This document shows, piece after piece, positions 23,005 through 32,409 of a stretch of 64,000 bases of DNA. The notes below the pieces were generated by a model. The model worked only from the letters and a program-made list of their open reading frames with translations, was not told where the DNA came from and did not search any database. Source of the stretch: an uncultured delta proteobacterium (GTDB lineage Bacteria; Myxococcota_A; UBA9160; SMWR01); the NCBI GenBank assembly GCA_963832165.1, contig CAWHTE010000003.1:160001-224000 (forward strand). The letters are read 5' to 3'. The position numbers and the translations under genes were made by a program. Position 1 is the first letter of the stretch; every line of letters begins with the position of its first letter.

Positions 23005-24219
23005 ATGGACGCGACCCGCGTATGGCCGATCGAGGGCGTCGTTCGCCGGTACGCTTGGGGCTCGCGCACCGCGATTCCGGAATTGCTCGGAATCGCGCCC
23101 GATGGCGAGCCCCAGGCCGAGCTCTGGCTCGGCGCCCACGAGAGCGCGCCGGCTGTGCTCCGGACCGACGCGGGGCCACAGGCGCTCGACGCGTTCATCC
23201 GGCGCGATCCCGAGTCCGCGCTCGGCGCGAGCGCAGCGGCCCGCTATCGCGAGGAGCTGCCCTATCTGCTGAAGATCCTCGCGGCCGCGGAGCCGCTGTC
23301 GATCCAGGCGCACCCGAGCCCGGAGCAGGCGAGGGCGGGTTTCGAGCGCGAGAACGCGGCGGGGATCCCGCTCGACGCGCCGCACCGCACCTATCGCGAT
23401 CCGCGCCACAAGCCCGAGCTGATCTGCGCGCTGACGCCATTTCGCGCACTGTGCCGGTTTCGCGAGCCCGCGGAGATCGAGCGCCGGATCGCGGCGCTCG
23501 GGGCAGGGCGCTTCGCGGACGTCACGGCGCCGCTGCGCGAACAGCCGAACCGCTCGGGGCTCGCGGCGTTCTTCGAGCGCTGGATGACGCTCGACGCCGT
23601 CGAGCGCGCGCGCCTGCTCGAGTGCGCGATCGAGATGGCGATGCAGTCGCGCGAGTCGGATCCGGCCCACTCCGAGGTCGTGCGGCTGGCCCGTGCCTAT
23701 CCGGGCGATCCCGGCGTGCTCGCGCCCCTCTTCCTCAACCTGGTCGAGCTCGCACCCGGCGAGGCGATCTATCTCGGAGCCGGGGAGCTGCACAGCTACC
23801 TCTACGGCACCGGGATCGAGCTCATGGCGAATTCGGACAACGTGCTGCGCGGCGGCCTCACGTCGAAGCACGTCGATCTGCCCGAGCTCGTCCGCACGCT
23901 TCACTTCGAATCCGGTCCGGTGGTGGGGCTGCGCCCGCACCGCGTCGACGCGGTCGAGGAGCGTTATGCGACTCCCGCGCCCGAGTTCGCGCTTTCCGTG
24001 CTCCGATTGAAGCCAGGCCGCCGCTGGAGCGCGGCGGCCGGTCGCAGCGCCGAGATCGCGTTCTGCAGCGAGGGCGCGGTCCGGATCGCGGATGCGCGCG
24101 GACACGAGGTTCCGCTCGCGCGCGGATCGGCGGCGTTCGCCCCCGCAGCCGCGGACGCCTACTCGATCGAGGGCGATGGTGTCGTCTTCGTCGCCGGCGT
24201 GGGGGCCGCGTCCGCCTGA
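23005..24219 (+). CDS. manA: Mannose-6-phosphate isomerase, class I
   Basis: YAWGS, AELWLGAH, LSIQAHP, HKPELICAL, ELMANSDNVLRGGLT. Confidence 0.96.
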   Translation: MDATRVWPIEGVVRRYAWGSRTAIPELLGIAPDGEPQAELWLGAHESAPAVLRTDAGPQALDAFIRRDPESALGASAAARYREELPYLLKILAAAEPLSIQAHPSPEQARAGFERENAAGIPLDAPHRTYRDPRHKPELICALTPFRALCRFREPAEIERRIAALGAGRFADVTAPLREQPNRSGLAAFFERWMTLDAVERARLLECAIEMAMQSRESDPAHSEVVRLARAYPGDPGVLAPLFLNLVELAPGEAIYLGAGELHSYLYGTGIELMANSDNVLRGGLTSKHVDLPELVRTLHFESGPVVGLRPHRVDAVEERYATPAPEFALSVLRLKPGRRWSAAAGRSAEIAFCSEGAVRIADARGHEVPLARGSAAFAPAAADAYSIEGDGVVFVAGVGAASA

Positions 24220-24237
24220 TCCCGGGAGGATTCGAGT

Positions 24238-26560
24238 TCAGGGACCCGCGAACTCGACGCACGGCACGCCGGGATTCGTGCCGATGCACTGGACGTTGGA
24301 CAGCGTGACGCCGGATGAGGGGCTCGGCACCACGATGGCGGATCTCTGGTCCTGGTCGGTGGCAAAGCTCGTGTCGGAGCCGGTCAGGCCGTCCACGACG
24401 GTGCTCGAGAACGACCCGACCAGGCGCACGCCGGTGTCGGCGCGCTCGTTCGAGACGGCCGAGTCCTCGATTTGGACGTCGAGCGAGGACTGTGCTCCGC
24501 CGATCAGCTCGATGCCTGCGTGCACGCGCACCGGCATCGGCACCCAGGACCCGCTCGAGCAGATGCACCGCGAGCGGCTCGCGCCCGTGCCCGACGCGAG
24601 GTTGCAGTCGGACGGTCCGCTCGCGTTCGAAGTGGTGATCCAGCGCGCCTGGTTCGACGCGCTGCAGGCCGGTGCGCCGCTTTCGCTGAAATAGCCCAGC
24701 CAGCCCGGCTCCACGCCGTCCACGGAGAGCTCGCGCAGCGTCGCGTGGGCCAGTGATCCACCGAAGGTGATCCCGGGTCCGGTGGTTTCCGAGGTGGTCA
24801 CGCGCTCGATCAACAGATCCGTGTGCAGGCCCTTGAGCGACAGGCCGGCCCGTGCCGCCGCCGAGAATGGATAGAACAGTCCGGTCCCCCGAATTCCGAG
24901 ATCGCGAATCGTCAGGGCCTCGTTCGGCCCCACGCCCGAGCCACTCTGGTTCTCCTGCGCGAAGCCGATCGTGCCGCAGTCCTCGAGCGTCACGCGATCG
25001 AACGTCGCGCTCGCGAAACGGCGGGTTGATCACGAAGCAGGGCAGCTCCATGATGCGGCCGTCGTCGTCGCGCGTGCCGCGCATCGTGACGTCGCGAACC
25101 GTGAGGCCGTCCACGTAAGGTCCGATCCACACGCCGGAGATCGCGTCCGCATCGGTGACGACGAGCCGCTCGATCGTGACGTCGCTGTTCGCGTCTTCGG
25201 AGCCCTGCGATCGATACGCTGACGCATAGGGAGAGAGCCAGACGGGTCCGCTCGAGACGCACTCGTTGTCGGCGATCAGTGCGCCCTCCACACCGCGGAT
25301 GCCCATGCAGACCGATCCATTCGCGCGGTAGACGGCGCCTTCCCCGGTCGAGTTTCCCGTGTCCTCGATGCGGTTTCCCACGAAGCGGACGTTGCGGATC
25401 ACGTCGCCTGGCTGCGCGTCTTGAGTCTCCGCGCGCGTGTTCAGTCCATCGGCGGCGCAGCGCTTCATGTCGTTGTGCTCGGCCGTGAAGTCCACGACCG
25501 CCCCGCCGCCGAAGCTGAACGCGTAGATGCACGGGTAGCGCGGTCTCTCCAGCATGGGATTCTGGTTGCCGTAGCCGCCCGCGTCCTCGATGCGATTGCG
25601 CCGGAACACGTCTCCTACCGAGTTCGAGCTGTAGAGACCCGTGTGATAGGTGTGGTGGACGAAGTTGTTCTCGACCAGGCTGTTCTGGGTCCGCCGCAGG
25701 AACACGCCCATCCGAGAGTTCAGCACGGGGAATCCCGTGTAGGCGTCGGGGGTGCCTCCGTCGATCTCGCAGCCCGCGATCGTGATGTTCTGGTTCCCGG
25801 TCGTCTGGTTCGCGTTCGCGACCACCGCGTAGTCGCTGTTGGCACCGGTGCCGGATGGTCCGTGCAGCACGGCGCCCGGGCGGCAGCGCAGCGCCGTATT
25901 GCTCGCGAGCTCGACGAGCCCGCGTTGTCGGCCGGGTCGCGTCGAGGGATCGGCCGGGGCCTGATACTCGCCGGGCATCACGATCACGGTCCGGGATGCG
26001 ACGCCGGAGAGCGACGCGACCGCGTCCTGGACGTCATCGACCTCGAGGATGCCGTCCTGGTCGAAGTCGCCGACGCACACGGAGTCGGCGACGGTGTCGC
26101 GGTCCGCATCCCAGTAGCGATTGGCCGAGACCGTGCACGCTGCGATCGCGGTCGCGTTGTCGCAGTTCTGCCCGAACACCGGATTGGGCGTGAGGCCCGC
26201 GATCGCGCGCCCCACCGCGTTGGCGTCCTGTCCATTGCACGCGCCGTTGCCCGAGACGTCGCAGTTGGCGGGCACCGCGAACGGCACGTTTGGCTCCACG
26301 CCCAGCCCGTGGCGCCGGATCGCGAATTCGTCCACGACGGTCACGGTCCCGTTGCCGCTGACGTCGCCGCACTGGCAGGCGTTGCCGATCCCGTCCGGTG
26401 TCGTGCCGACGCCGCCCATGTCGAGCTGGCTCGGGTTCGACACGAACATGCAGTTGTCCGAGGCATCCGGCACGCCGTCCGCGTCGAAATCGAGCGCGAG
26501 CGCGGGCGCCGCAACGACCGCCACGAGCGCGACAACGGTCGAACGAACCCCGGCGAACAT
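24238..26560 (-). pseudogene. Secreted TSP3/dockerin-like plus right-handed beta-helix protein; +1 frameshift near 25016-25018 (about 773 aa if corrected)
   Basis: Signal peptide; DFDADGVPDASDNC...NACQCGDV repeats; pectate-lyase-like repeats; removing one base joins ...INPP to FASATFDRVTLEDCG of ORF 24238-24993. Confidence 0.75.
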
Positions 26561-26753
26561 CCTCGAACCCCTTTTGCGCGAACTAGCCCTTGTAAGTGGA
26601 ATCATCGTCGGCTGTCAACGAGATTGACGTTCTGTAGATCGAAGCGGATGTCATGAGCTCGGTGTTTCACGGCGTTGACGATCCGAGTTGCGTGAGCGTC
26701 GCCGGTTGCTGACGATGTGTTTCGCCGGCTCCGCGGGCCGCTAAGCTGCGGCC

Positions 26754-28295
26754 GTGTCCGCGCCCGAATCTCCGAACAGCACTCCTCGCTCGGACACCGC
26801 CATTGTGGCTCGCGGAGCGAGCCTGCGTTTGCAGGCGATCGCGAACACGGCCGGGAACCTCGCCTTCTACGCGGTGATCTTCGTGCTCACGCCGATCTCG
26901 ATTCGCGAGCTCGGCGACGAGGGGTGGGGTGTCTGGCAGCTCGTCGGCGCGACGACCGCCTACGCGGGCCTCCTGGCGCTGGGGCTCGCGAGCGCCATCC
27001 ACTATCAGGTGGCGTTGAACCTCGCGCGGCACGACGTCGAGCGGCTCGCGCTCGCGTTCACGAGTGCGCGCGCCTATCTCGCGGCCGCGGCATTCGCGAT
27101 GTTGTTGCTGCTCGCTGCCTTCGGACGGCCGCTCATGAGCGCCACCGTGGATGAAGCGCACGTGGATCTCGCGTGGTGGGCGCTCGTGATGACGATCGTC
27201 CCGACCGCGCTGACGCTTCCGTTGCGAGTCTATCCTTCGGCGCTCGCGGGGCTCTCGCGGCTCGACGTCGTCGGCTCTCTTCAGGCGCTCTGCGCGGTGG
27301 CGCTGCTCGCGGGCGTCTGGGCGGGATTTCGCGCCGGGATGGAGCTGCCCGGCTTCTCGCTCGCGATGACCATCGGATCGCTGTTGCCGTTGATCCCGTC
27401 GTGGCTCCTGGCCCGGCGCCTGCTTCCGCGCGGCGCGCTGCGCTTCACGCGCATCGACTTCGCGCTGTTTCGCGAGCTCGTCGCCTACAGCGTGAACACG
27501 CTGATCTACGCGATGGGGACGGTCGTCCTCTACCAGACGATGAAGTTCATCGCCGCCTGGCGCTTCGGCGTCGCCGCAGCGGGCGAGATCAGTCTCGCGA
27601 TCAGCATCGTGCAGACGCTGGCAGTCGTGTTCGTGCCGCTGTTCACGACGCTGTTCGCGCGCTTCGGTCAGCTCCACGGCAGCGGACAGAGCGATGCGAT
27701 GCGGGATCTCTTGAGCCGCGCGCTCGCGACCTCGGGGTTGCTCGTGATTCCGGGCAGTGCGTTCCTGTTCGCGTGCGCGGACGGAATCTTCAGGGCGTGG
27801 GTGGGGAACGAGCTCGGGCAGGAGGCGATCGCGGAGGTCGTGTGGACGACGCGCCTAATGCTCCTGGGGCAGGCGGCGTACGTGCTCGTGCTCCCGTGCT
27901 ACAACGCGCTGCTGGGCATGGGCGAGCATCGCTCGTTCGGCATCGGCATGCTCATCACCGCGGTCGCGAACGCGGGATGCGGCTGGATCATTTCCGGGTG
28001 GTTCCCGGAGATCGCGACACTGGCGTGGGTCTTCAGCGCGGCGCTGGCGGCGCTGGTCCTGCTCGTCACGGTGCCTCTGGCTCGCGCCCGCTTCGGGCTC
28101 GCGCTGCGGCCGCTGTTCGTGCGCGCCGTGCTCGTTCCGCTCGCGGCGTCGGTTCCCGGCGTGGCGTTGGTTCTGTGGGGGCCGGACCTGCAGCAGCCGA
28201 TTCCCGACCTCGCGCTCGACGCGATCCTGTTCGCGATCGGCGCAGCGCCGGGGCTCGAGTGGGCGCGGCGCCGCTTCGTGCGTGCGGGCTCTTAG
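26754..28295 (+). CDS. Wzx-like oligosaccharide flippase (MOP family)
   Basis: Many TM helices; LTPISIRELGDEGWGVW N-terminal flippase pattern; EPS context. Confidence 0.85.
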   Translation: MSAPESPNSTPRSDTAIVARGASLRLQAIANTAGNLAFYAVIFVLTPISIRELGDEGWGVWQLVGATTAYAGLLALGLASAIHYQVALNLARHDVERLALAFTSARAYLAAAAFAMLLLLAAFGRPLMSATVDEAHVDLAWWALVMTIVPTALTLPLRVYPSALAGLSRLDVVGSLQALCAVALLAGVWAGFRAGMELPGFSLAMTIGSLLPLIPSWLLARRLLPRGALRFTRIDFALFRELVAYSVNTLIYAMGTVVLYQTMKFIAAWRFGVAAAGEISLAISIVQTLAVVFVPLFTTLFARFGQLHGSGQSDAMRDLLSRALATSGLLVIPGSAFLFACADGIFRAWVGNELGQEAIAEVVWTTRLMLLGQAAYVLVLPCYNALLGMGEHRSFGIGMLITAVANAGCGWIISGWFPEIATLAWVFSAALAALVLLVTVPLARARFGLALRPLFVRAVLVPLAASVPGVALVLWGPDLQQPIPDLALDAILFAIGAAPGLEWARRRFVRAGS

Positions 28296-28301
28296 GCGCT
28301 G

Positions 28302-29177
28302 CTAGGGCGAGCGCCGCACGAATACGAACTCGTTGCAGCCGAGTCCGGCGCCGCAGGTGGTCATGCGCTCGAGATCGAAACCGCGCGCCCGGTAGAACGC
28401 GAAGATCTCTTCGGGTCTGGCGGTCTCGAACGGATACCCGCCGACCCAATCGACGATGTCGTGCCAATGGCTCATGCCGCGTGCACCCAGCTGCGTCCAC
28501 AAGCGCAGATATCGCCGCGGGTCACCGCGCAACAGGTTGTAGGTGAACGAACGAAGCTCGCTCGGCAGCGCCACCGCGATCGCGTAGGGGACGCGCAGCG
28601 GGCGCGGAAGGCGGTTGTAGATCCGCTTGATCCGCGTCCAGATCGGCGTCCAGGGGACCTGGGTGTTGTAGATCGCGACGAACAGTCGTCCACCCGGCGC
28701 CACGAGCGGGGCCACGTTGTCGAGTGCCTGCCACATCCGGCCCGTGTGGTGGAGCACGCCCCACGAGTACACGACATCGAAGCGCCCGGCGGATGCCAGG
28801 TAGCCCTCGTCCAGGGCGGATCCCTCTTCGATCGTCCAGGCGTCGTCGCCGGGGTAGTACCTGCGCTTCAGCTCCCGCGTGCAGGCGACGGAGGTCGGGT
28901 CGAAATCGAACGAATGCACGCGCGCACCGAGCATGCGTGCGGCGAGCGAGGAGAGCCCGCTTCCGGAGCCGATGTCGACGAAGCTTCTGCCCGAGAGCGA
29001 CTCGACCCCGAGCATGTTCTGGAGCGCGGCCTTCGCGGACCCGATCCGTTCGTCGTCGAGCACGGAGAGGAAGCGCGACCAGTTCTCTCCGAACTCGAAC
29101 CGCTCGCCTCGCATCACCTCGCCCTGGTGCGCCTTCTCCATCGTCCGAAGCTCGCGAGTCGTGCCGCGCTGATTCAC
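28302..29177 (-). CDS. Class I SAM-dependent methyltransferase
   Basis: RFEFGENW, FVDIGSGSGLSS, DVVYSWGVLHHTG, DWVGGYPFE. Confidence 0.9.
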   Translation of the reverse strand: MNQRGTTRELRTMEKAHQGEVMRGERFEFGENWSRFLSVLDDERIGSAKAALQNMLGVESLSGRSFVDIGSGSGLSSLAARMLGARVHSFDFDPTSVACTRELKRRYYPGDDAWTIEEGSALDEGYLASAGRFDVVYSWGVLHHTGRMWQALDNVAPLVAPGGRLFVAIYNTQVPWTPIWTRIKRIYNRLPRPLRVPYAIAVALPSELRSFTYNLLRGDPRRYLRLWTQLGARGMSHWHDIVDWVGGYPFETARPEEIFAFYRARGFDLERMTTCGAGLGCNEFVFVRRSP

Positions 29178-29914
29178 GGGCGCTTCCTCGCAAACGCCAC
29201 CAATCCCAGCTTGAGAGCCCTCGGAGCGAAGCGCTGGTGGAGAACGGCTAGCGCATAGGCCACACGCGAGAACTGGAAGTAGCGCGGCTCGGATTCGTTC
29301 GTGTAGACGACAGAGTCGAAGCCGGCTCGCTCGAGAGCCTTGCGGAGCTGCCGTCGCGTGTTGCACGCGTAGACCGGCAGGAACATGTCTTCGGGCCGCC
29401 GTTCGGTCTGGGCGCGGCTCAACAGGCGCAGATGGAAGCGCGCCGGCACCAGCTTCGCGATCCACGCCACGTAGCCCAACGCATTCGTGGTCCGAATGGC
29501 GAGGAATCCGCCCGGGCGAAGCACGCGACTACATTCGGCGAGGAAGAAGTCGGGATCCTGAAGGTGCTCGACGACCGAATCGGCGATCAACACGTCGCAC
29601 CGACCCGTCTCAGCGGGGAATCGGCCATCCGGGTGGATCACGTGGAACTCGTCGAGGAAGGGGTTCTTCTCTCCCATGGGGTCGACGTCGATCCCGATCA
29701 CGCGCCCCGCTCTACCCCGGAGGTCGCGCATCTCCTTGCGAAACTGAACGGGGTCTTCGTGGTGTCTGCCTCGGCCGCAGCCGACGTCGAGCACGACCGA
29801 AGAGGGCCCAGTGAGTGCTCGCACACGAGCATAGAAGAGAACGGTACCGTCGATATCCGTGAACCCCCCGAAGCGGGACTCGGGATACCAGACCTCGACG
29901 GGATCTCGCCTCAT
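29174..29914 (-). CDS. Class I SAM-dependent methyltransferase
   Basis: VLDVGCGRG, VVEHL, RVLRPGG; ATGA-coupled. Confidence 0.88.
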   Translation of the reverse strand: MRRDPVEVWYPESRFGGFTDIDGTVLFYARVRALTGPSSVVLDVGCGRGRHHEDPVQFRKEMRDLRGRAGRVIGIDVDPMGEKNPFLDEFHVIHPDGRFPAETGRCDVLIADSVVEHLQDPDFFLAECSRVLRPGGFLAIRTTNALGYVAWIAKLVPARFHLRLLSRAQTERRPEDMFLPVYACNTRRQLRKALERAGFDSVVYTNESEPRYFQFSRVAYALAVLHQRFAPRALKLGLVAFARKRP

Positions 29915-30711
29915 CCGTTGCATGACTCCCCGAAACGAGCCGTTTGTATAGAACCGCTCGGGTCGGAGCGCACGATCTCGAGCGCAATCGTCGGACACAG
30001 GCGCCCGATGTCGAAGGGTTGCAAGAGCGCCAGTCCATTGCAGAAGAGATGTACGGCTCGCGAAACGATCGGGGACCAACGCTTTTCGATCGTGATCTGC
30101 CACGAGTTCAGCCGGCCGGTTCGAAACGTCTGCACCCTCTGCGCGAGATCCGTGGGTGCGAGCGCTCTCATCGCCTCGGGCGACATGATCTTCAGATTGT
30201 GGATGCCGAGGATCTCCGAGTCGAAGTAACGCTGAGCGCGCCCGTAGATGCCGCCGTAGTCTGGAATCAGGATCAGCGCCGTTCCACCGGGCCGCAGCAG
30301 GTCGACGTGACACCGGACGATTTCGCGGGGATCGTCGAAGTGCTCGATCACTCCGGCGCTGTACACGAGGTCGAAGCTGCCCGGAGCGAACGAGTTCGCG
30401 AAGACGTCCTCGCACCGGAGGTCCCCCTCGATGCCGAGCGCCGAGAAGAGCTCGGTCGCAAGTGCGATTCCACTGCGGGAATAATCGATTCCGGACACGC
30501 GAGCCCCGAGCGCCTTCGCCGCGAAGGCCAGATGCTTGCCCGGCGCGAACCCGATTTCGAGCACGTGGGAACCCGGACGAACGCGCTGCCGGAGCAGCCG
30601 GTGGAAGTTCCTCGTGTGGATGAGCAGCTCGGAGGGCAACCTCATCCGGATCGGCGTCGAGTGCACGCCGTCCCAGTAGTCGTCGGTCGTGAGTCGGTTG
30701 TCGCGAGTCAC
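29911..30711 (-). CDS. Class I SAM-dependent methyltransferase
   Basis: VLEIGFAPG, FDLVYSAGVIEHF, LLRPGG. Confidence 0.88.
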   Translation of the reverse strand: MTRDNRLTTDDYWDGVHSTPIRMRLPSELLIHTRNFHRLLRQRVRPGSHVLEIGFAPGKHLAFAAKALGARVSGIDYSRSGIALATELFSALGIEGDLRCEDVFANSFAPGSFDLVYSAGVIEHFDDPREIVRCHVDLLRPGGTALILIPDYGGIYGRAQRYFDSEILGIHNLKIMSPEAMRALAPTDLAQRVQTFRTGRLNSWQITIEKRWSPIVSRAVHLFCNGLALLQPFDIGRLCPTIALEIVRSDPSGSIQTARFGESCNG

Positions 30712-30739
30712 GACGCGATTCGCCGGTGTGCGGGTGCGC

Positions 30740-32218
30740 TCAAACGCGCGCCGAGGCGCTCGGATCGGATTCGATCGGCGGAACGCTCGTGGTTCGGGGC
30801 TGCGAGCCACCCAGCAGCGACAGGAAAAATCGGATCGTGAACAGGCCGACGATCGGCCAGACCGCCACCTTGAGCGGATAGCCGAAGATGTTTCGAACGT
30901 ACATCGACATCGCGGCGAGGAACATCGCCGACCACACCAGCTTCAGTGCCGAGCCCTGCGAGGAGTTCCTGACGCGCGCCGTCAACCAGCCGAAGAACGT
31001 CATCCCGATCAGCACGGCTGGCATGCCGAAGTTGAAATAAGCCTCGGCATCCATCGAGTATCCGAACCCGCCCCCCATGTCGAACCAAGCCGGCGCGAGC
31101 TCGCGCGTGATCCAGGCGCTCGGCGAATAGTCCACGTTGGTGAGGACGAACGACTTTCCGGGCGTCAGCCCGAAGTTGGGTACGAGCTCGAGAGCCCCGC
31201 CCAGATACGACATGCCCCAGCGGTATGGACTCTCGCTCGGGATGAAATCCAGCGTGTAGACGAACGCCATCGCCGAGCTGCCCATCTCGCCGAAGGTGGC
31301 AGCGAGCAGCTGGCGCGGAGAGCTGCTGCTCGCGTACTCGATCGTCCTCCACTCCCGGAACTCCTTGAGCAGCGGGACGGCCATCAGGGCCAGGAACGCC
31401 AGCGCGAACACGAGCGTGGGCGAGATGCGCCGGACCCGCTGCGAGTAACACCAGCCCACACCCATGCCCAGGCCGATCAGGTGGCTCCGGTCGCCCTTCA
31501 AGATCAGCAGCAGGCCGATCAGCCCGGCCATTCCGAGCGCGAAGTAGCGGCGCCCGCGCCGTCCATCGTCCGTGGCCAGGATCCCGAAGATGCCGCTCAT
31601 CGCGAACACGAGGCCGATGTCCACCCCGCGCGCGTCGGCTCCGAGCGACTTCGCATCCCACCAGACGTCGTAGGTTCCGAACACGACCGAAGGGCCCACG
31701 AGGGCGACGCCGATCGCGATCATCCCGAGCGCGCCGAACAGCATGATCATCGAGGGCAGCTTCAGCGAGGGATCGGGCTTCGATGTGCCGGGACCGCCCG
31801 ACAGATCCCGCGTTCCAGCGAGGTGTGTGCCGAAAAGGAAGGCCGCGAACGAGAGCACGTGGGCCGCGAAGCCGCGCTCCAGGTTCGGCGAGAGCCCGGC
31901 CTCCCAGGTGTTGTAGCCGATCGGATTGCCGCGATTGATGACCTCGTTCGTGATCGGGAGTCCGAAGTAGAACAGCAGCATCGCGACCGGAATCCAGATG
32001 ATCGGATCGAACCCCGAGATCCGTCCTCGCACGAAGAACAGGTGGAGCGCGAAGAACACATAGGCGAGTGCCGCGCACGTTCCCGGGCCGAACGGCGTGC
32101 CCAGCGAGTTCCAGAGCTCGACGACGAGATAGAGGAAGAGCGCGAACAGTCCGAAGATCACGCGCCCGGAGAGCGTCTCGATCGCACCGCGCGAAGCCGA
32201 AGTCGGACTGGTTGCCAT
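30740..32218 (-). CDS. Wzy-like O-antigen/oligosaccharide polymerase
   Basis: Polytopic membrane protein with large loop; GDRS and GGGFGYSMDAEAYFNFG motifs. Confidence 0.8.
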   Translation of the reverse strand: MATSPTSASRGAIETLSGRVIFGLFALFLYLVVELWNSLGTPFGPGTCAALAYVFFALHLFFVRGRISGFDPIIWIPVAMLLFYFGLPITNEVINRGNPIGYNTWEAGLSPNLERGFAAHVLSFAAFLFGTHLAGTRDLSGGPGTSKPDPSLKLPSMIMLFGALGMIAIGVALVGPSVVFGTYDVWWDAKSLGADARGVDIGLVFAMSGIFGILATDDGRRGRRYFALGMAGLIGLLLILKGDRSHLIGLGMGVGWCYSQRVRRISPTLVFALAFLALMAVPLLKEFREWRTIEYASSSSPRQLLAATFGEMGSSAMAFVYTLDFIPSESPYRWGMSYLGGALELVPNFGLTPGKSFVLTNVDYSPSAWITRELAPAWFDMGGGFGYSMDAEAYFNFGMPAVLIGMTFFGWLTARVRNSSQGSALKLVWSAMFLAAMSMYVRNIFGYPLKVAVWPIVGLFTIRFFLSLLGGSQPRTTSVPPIESDPSASARV

Positions 32219-32409
32219 CGTGTGCCGTTGCGCTCCCGCCTAGCTGCGGGGGCTTCCCCCACGGGGTGAGAAAGTTCGAGCCGCGTTCCCCCCGGACTAG
32301 GCCCGCATGAGAATGGCGAAGATCCGCCTGTCCATCACGAGGCAACTCATCGGCAAATCGGGGCGGCGCGAGTACTCCCATGCCGCGCGACAGAGGATAG
32401 ACTCGGCCC

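Noticed and set aside
32219..32409. Sigma54 -24/-12 promoter in this and other intergenic regions
   Set aside because: No TGGCAC-N5-TTGC-like site with correct spacing found by eye
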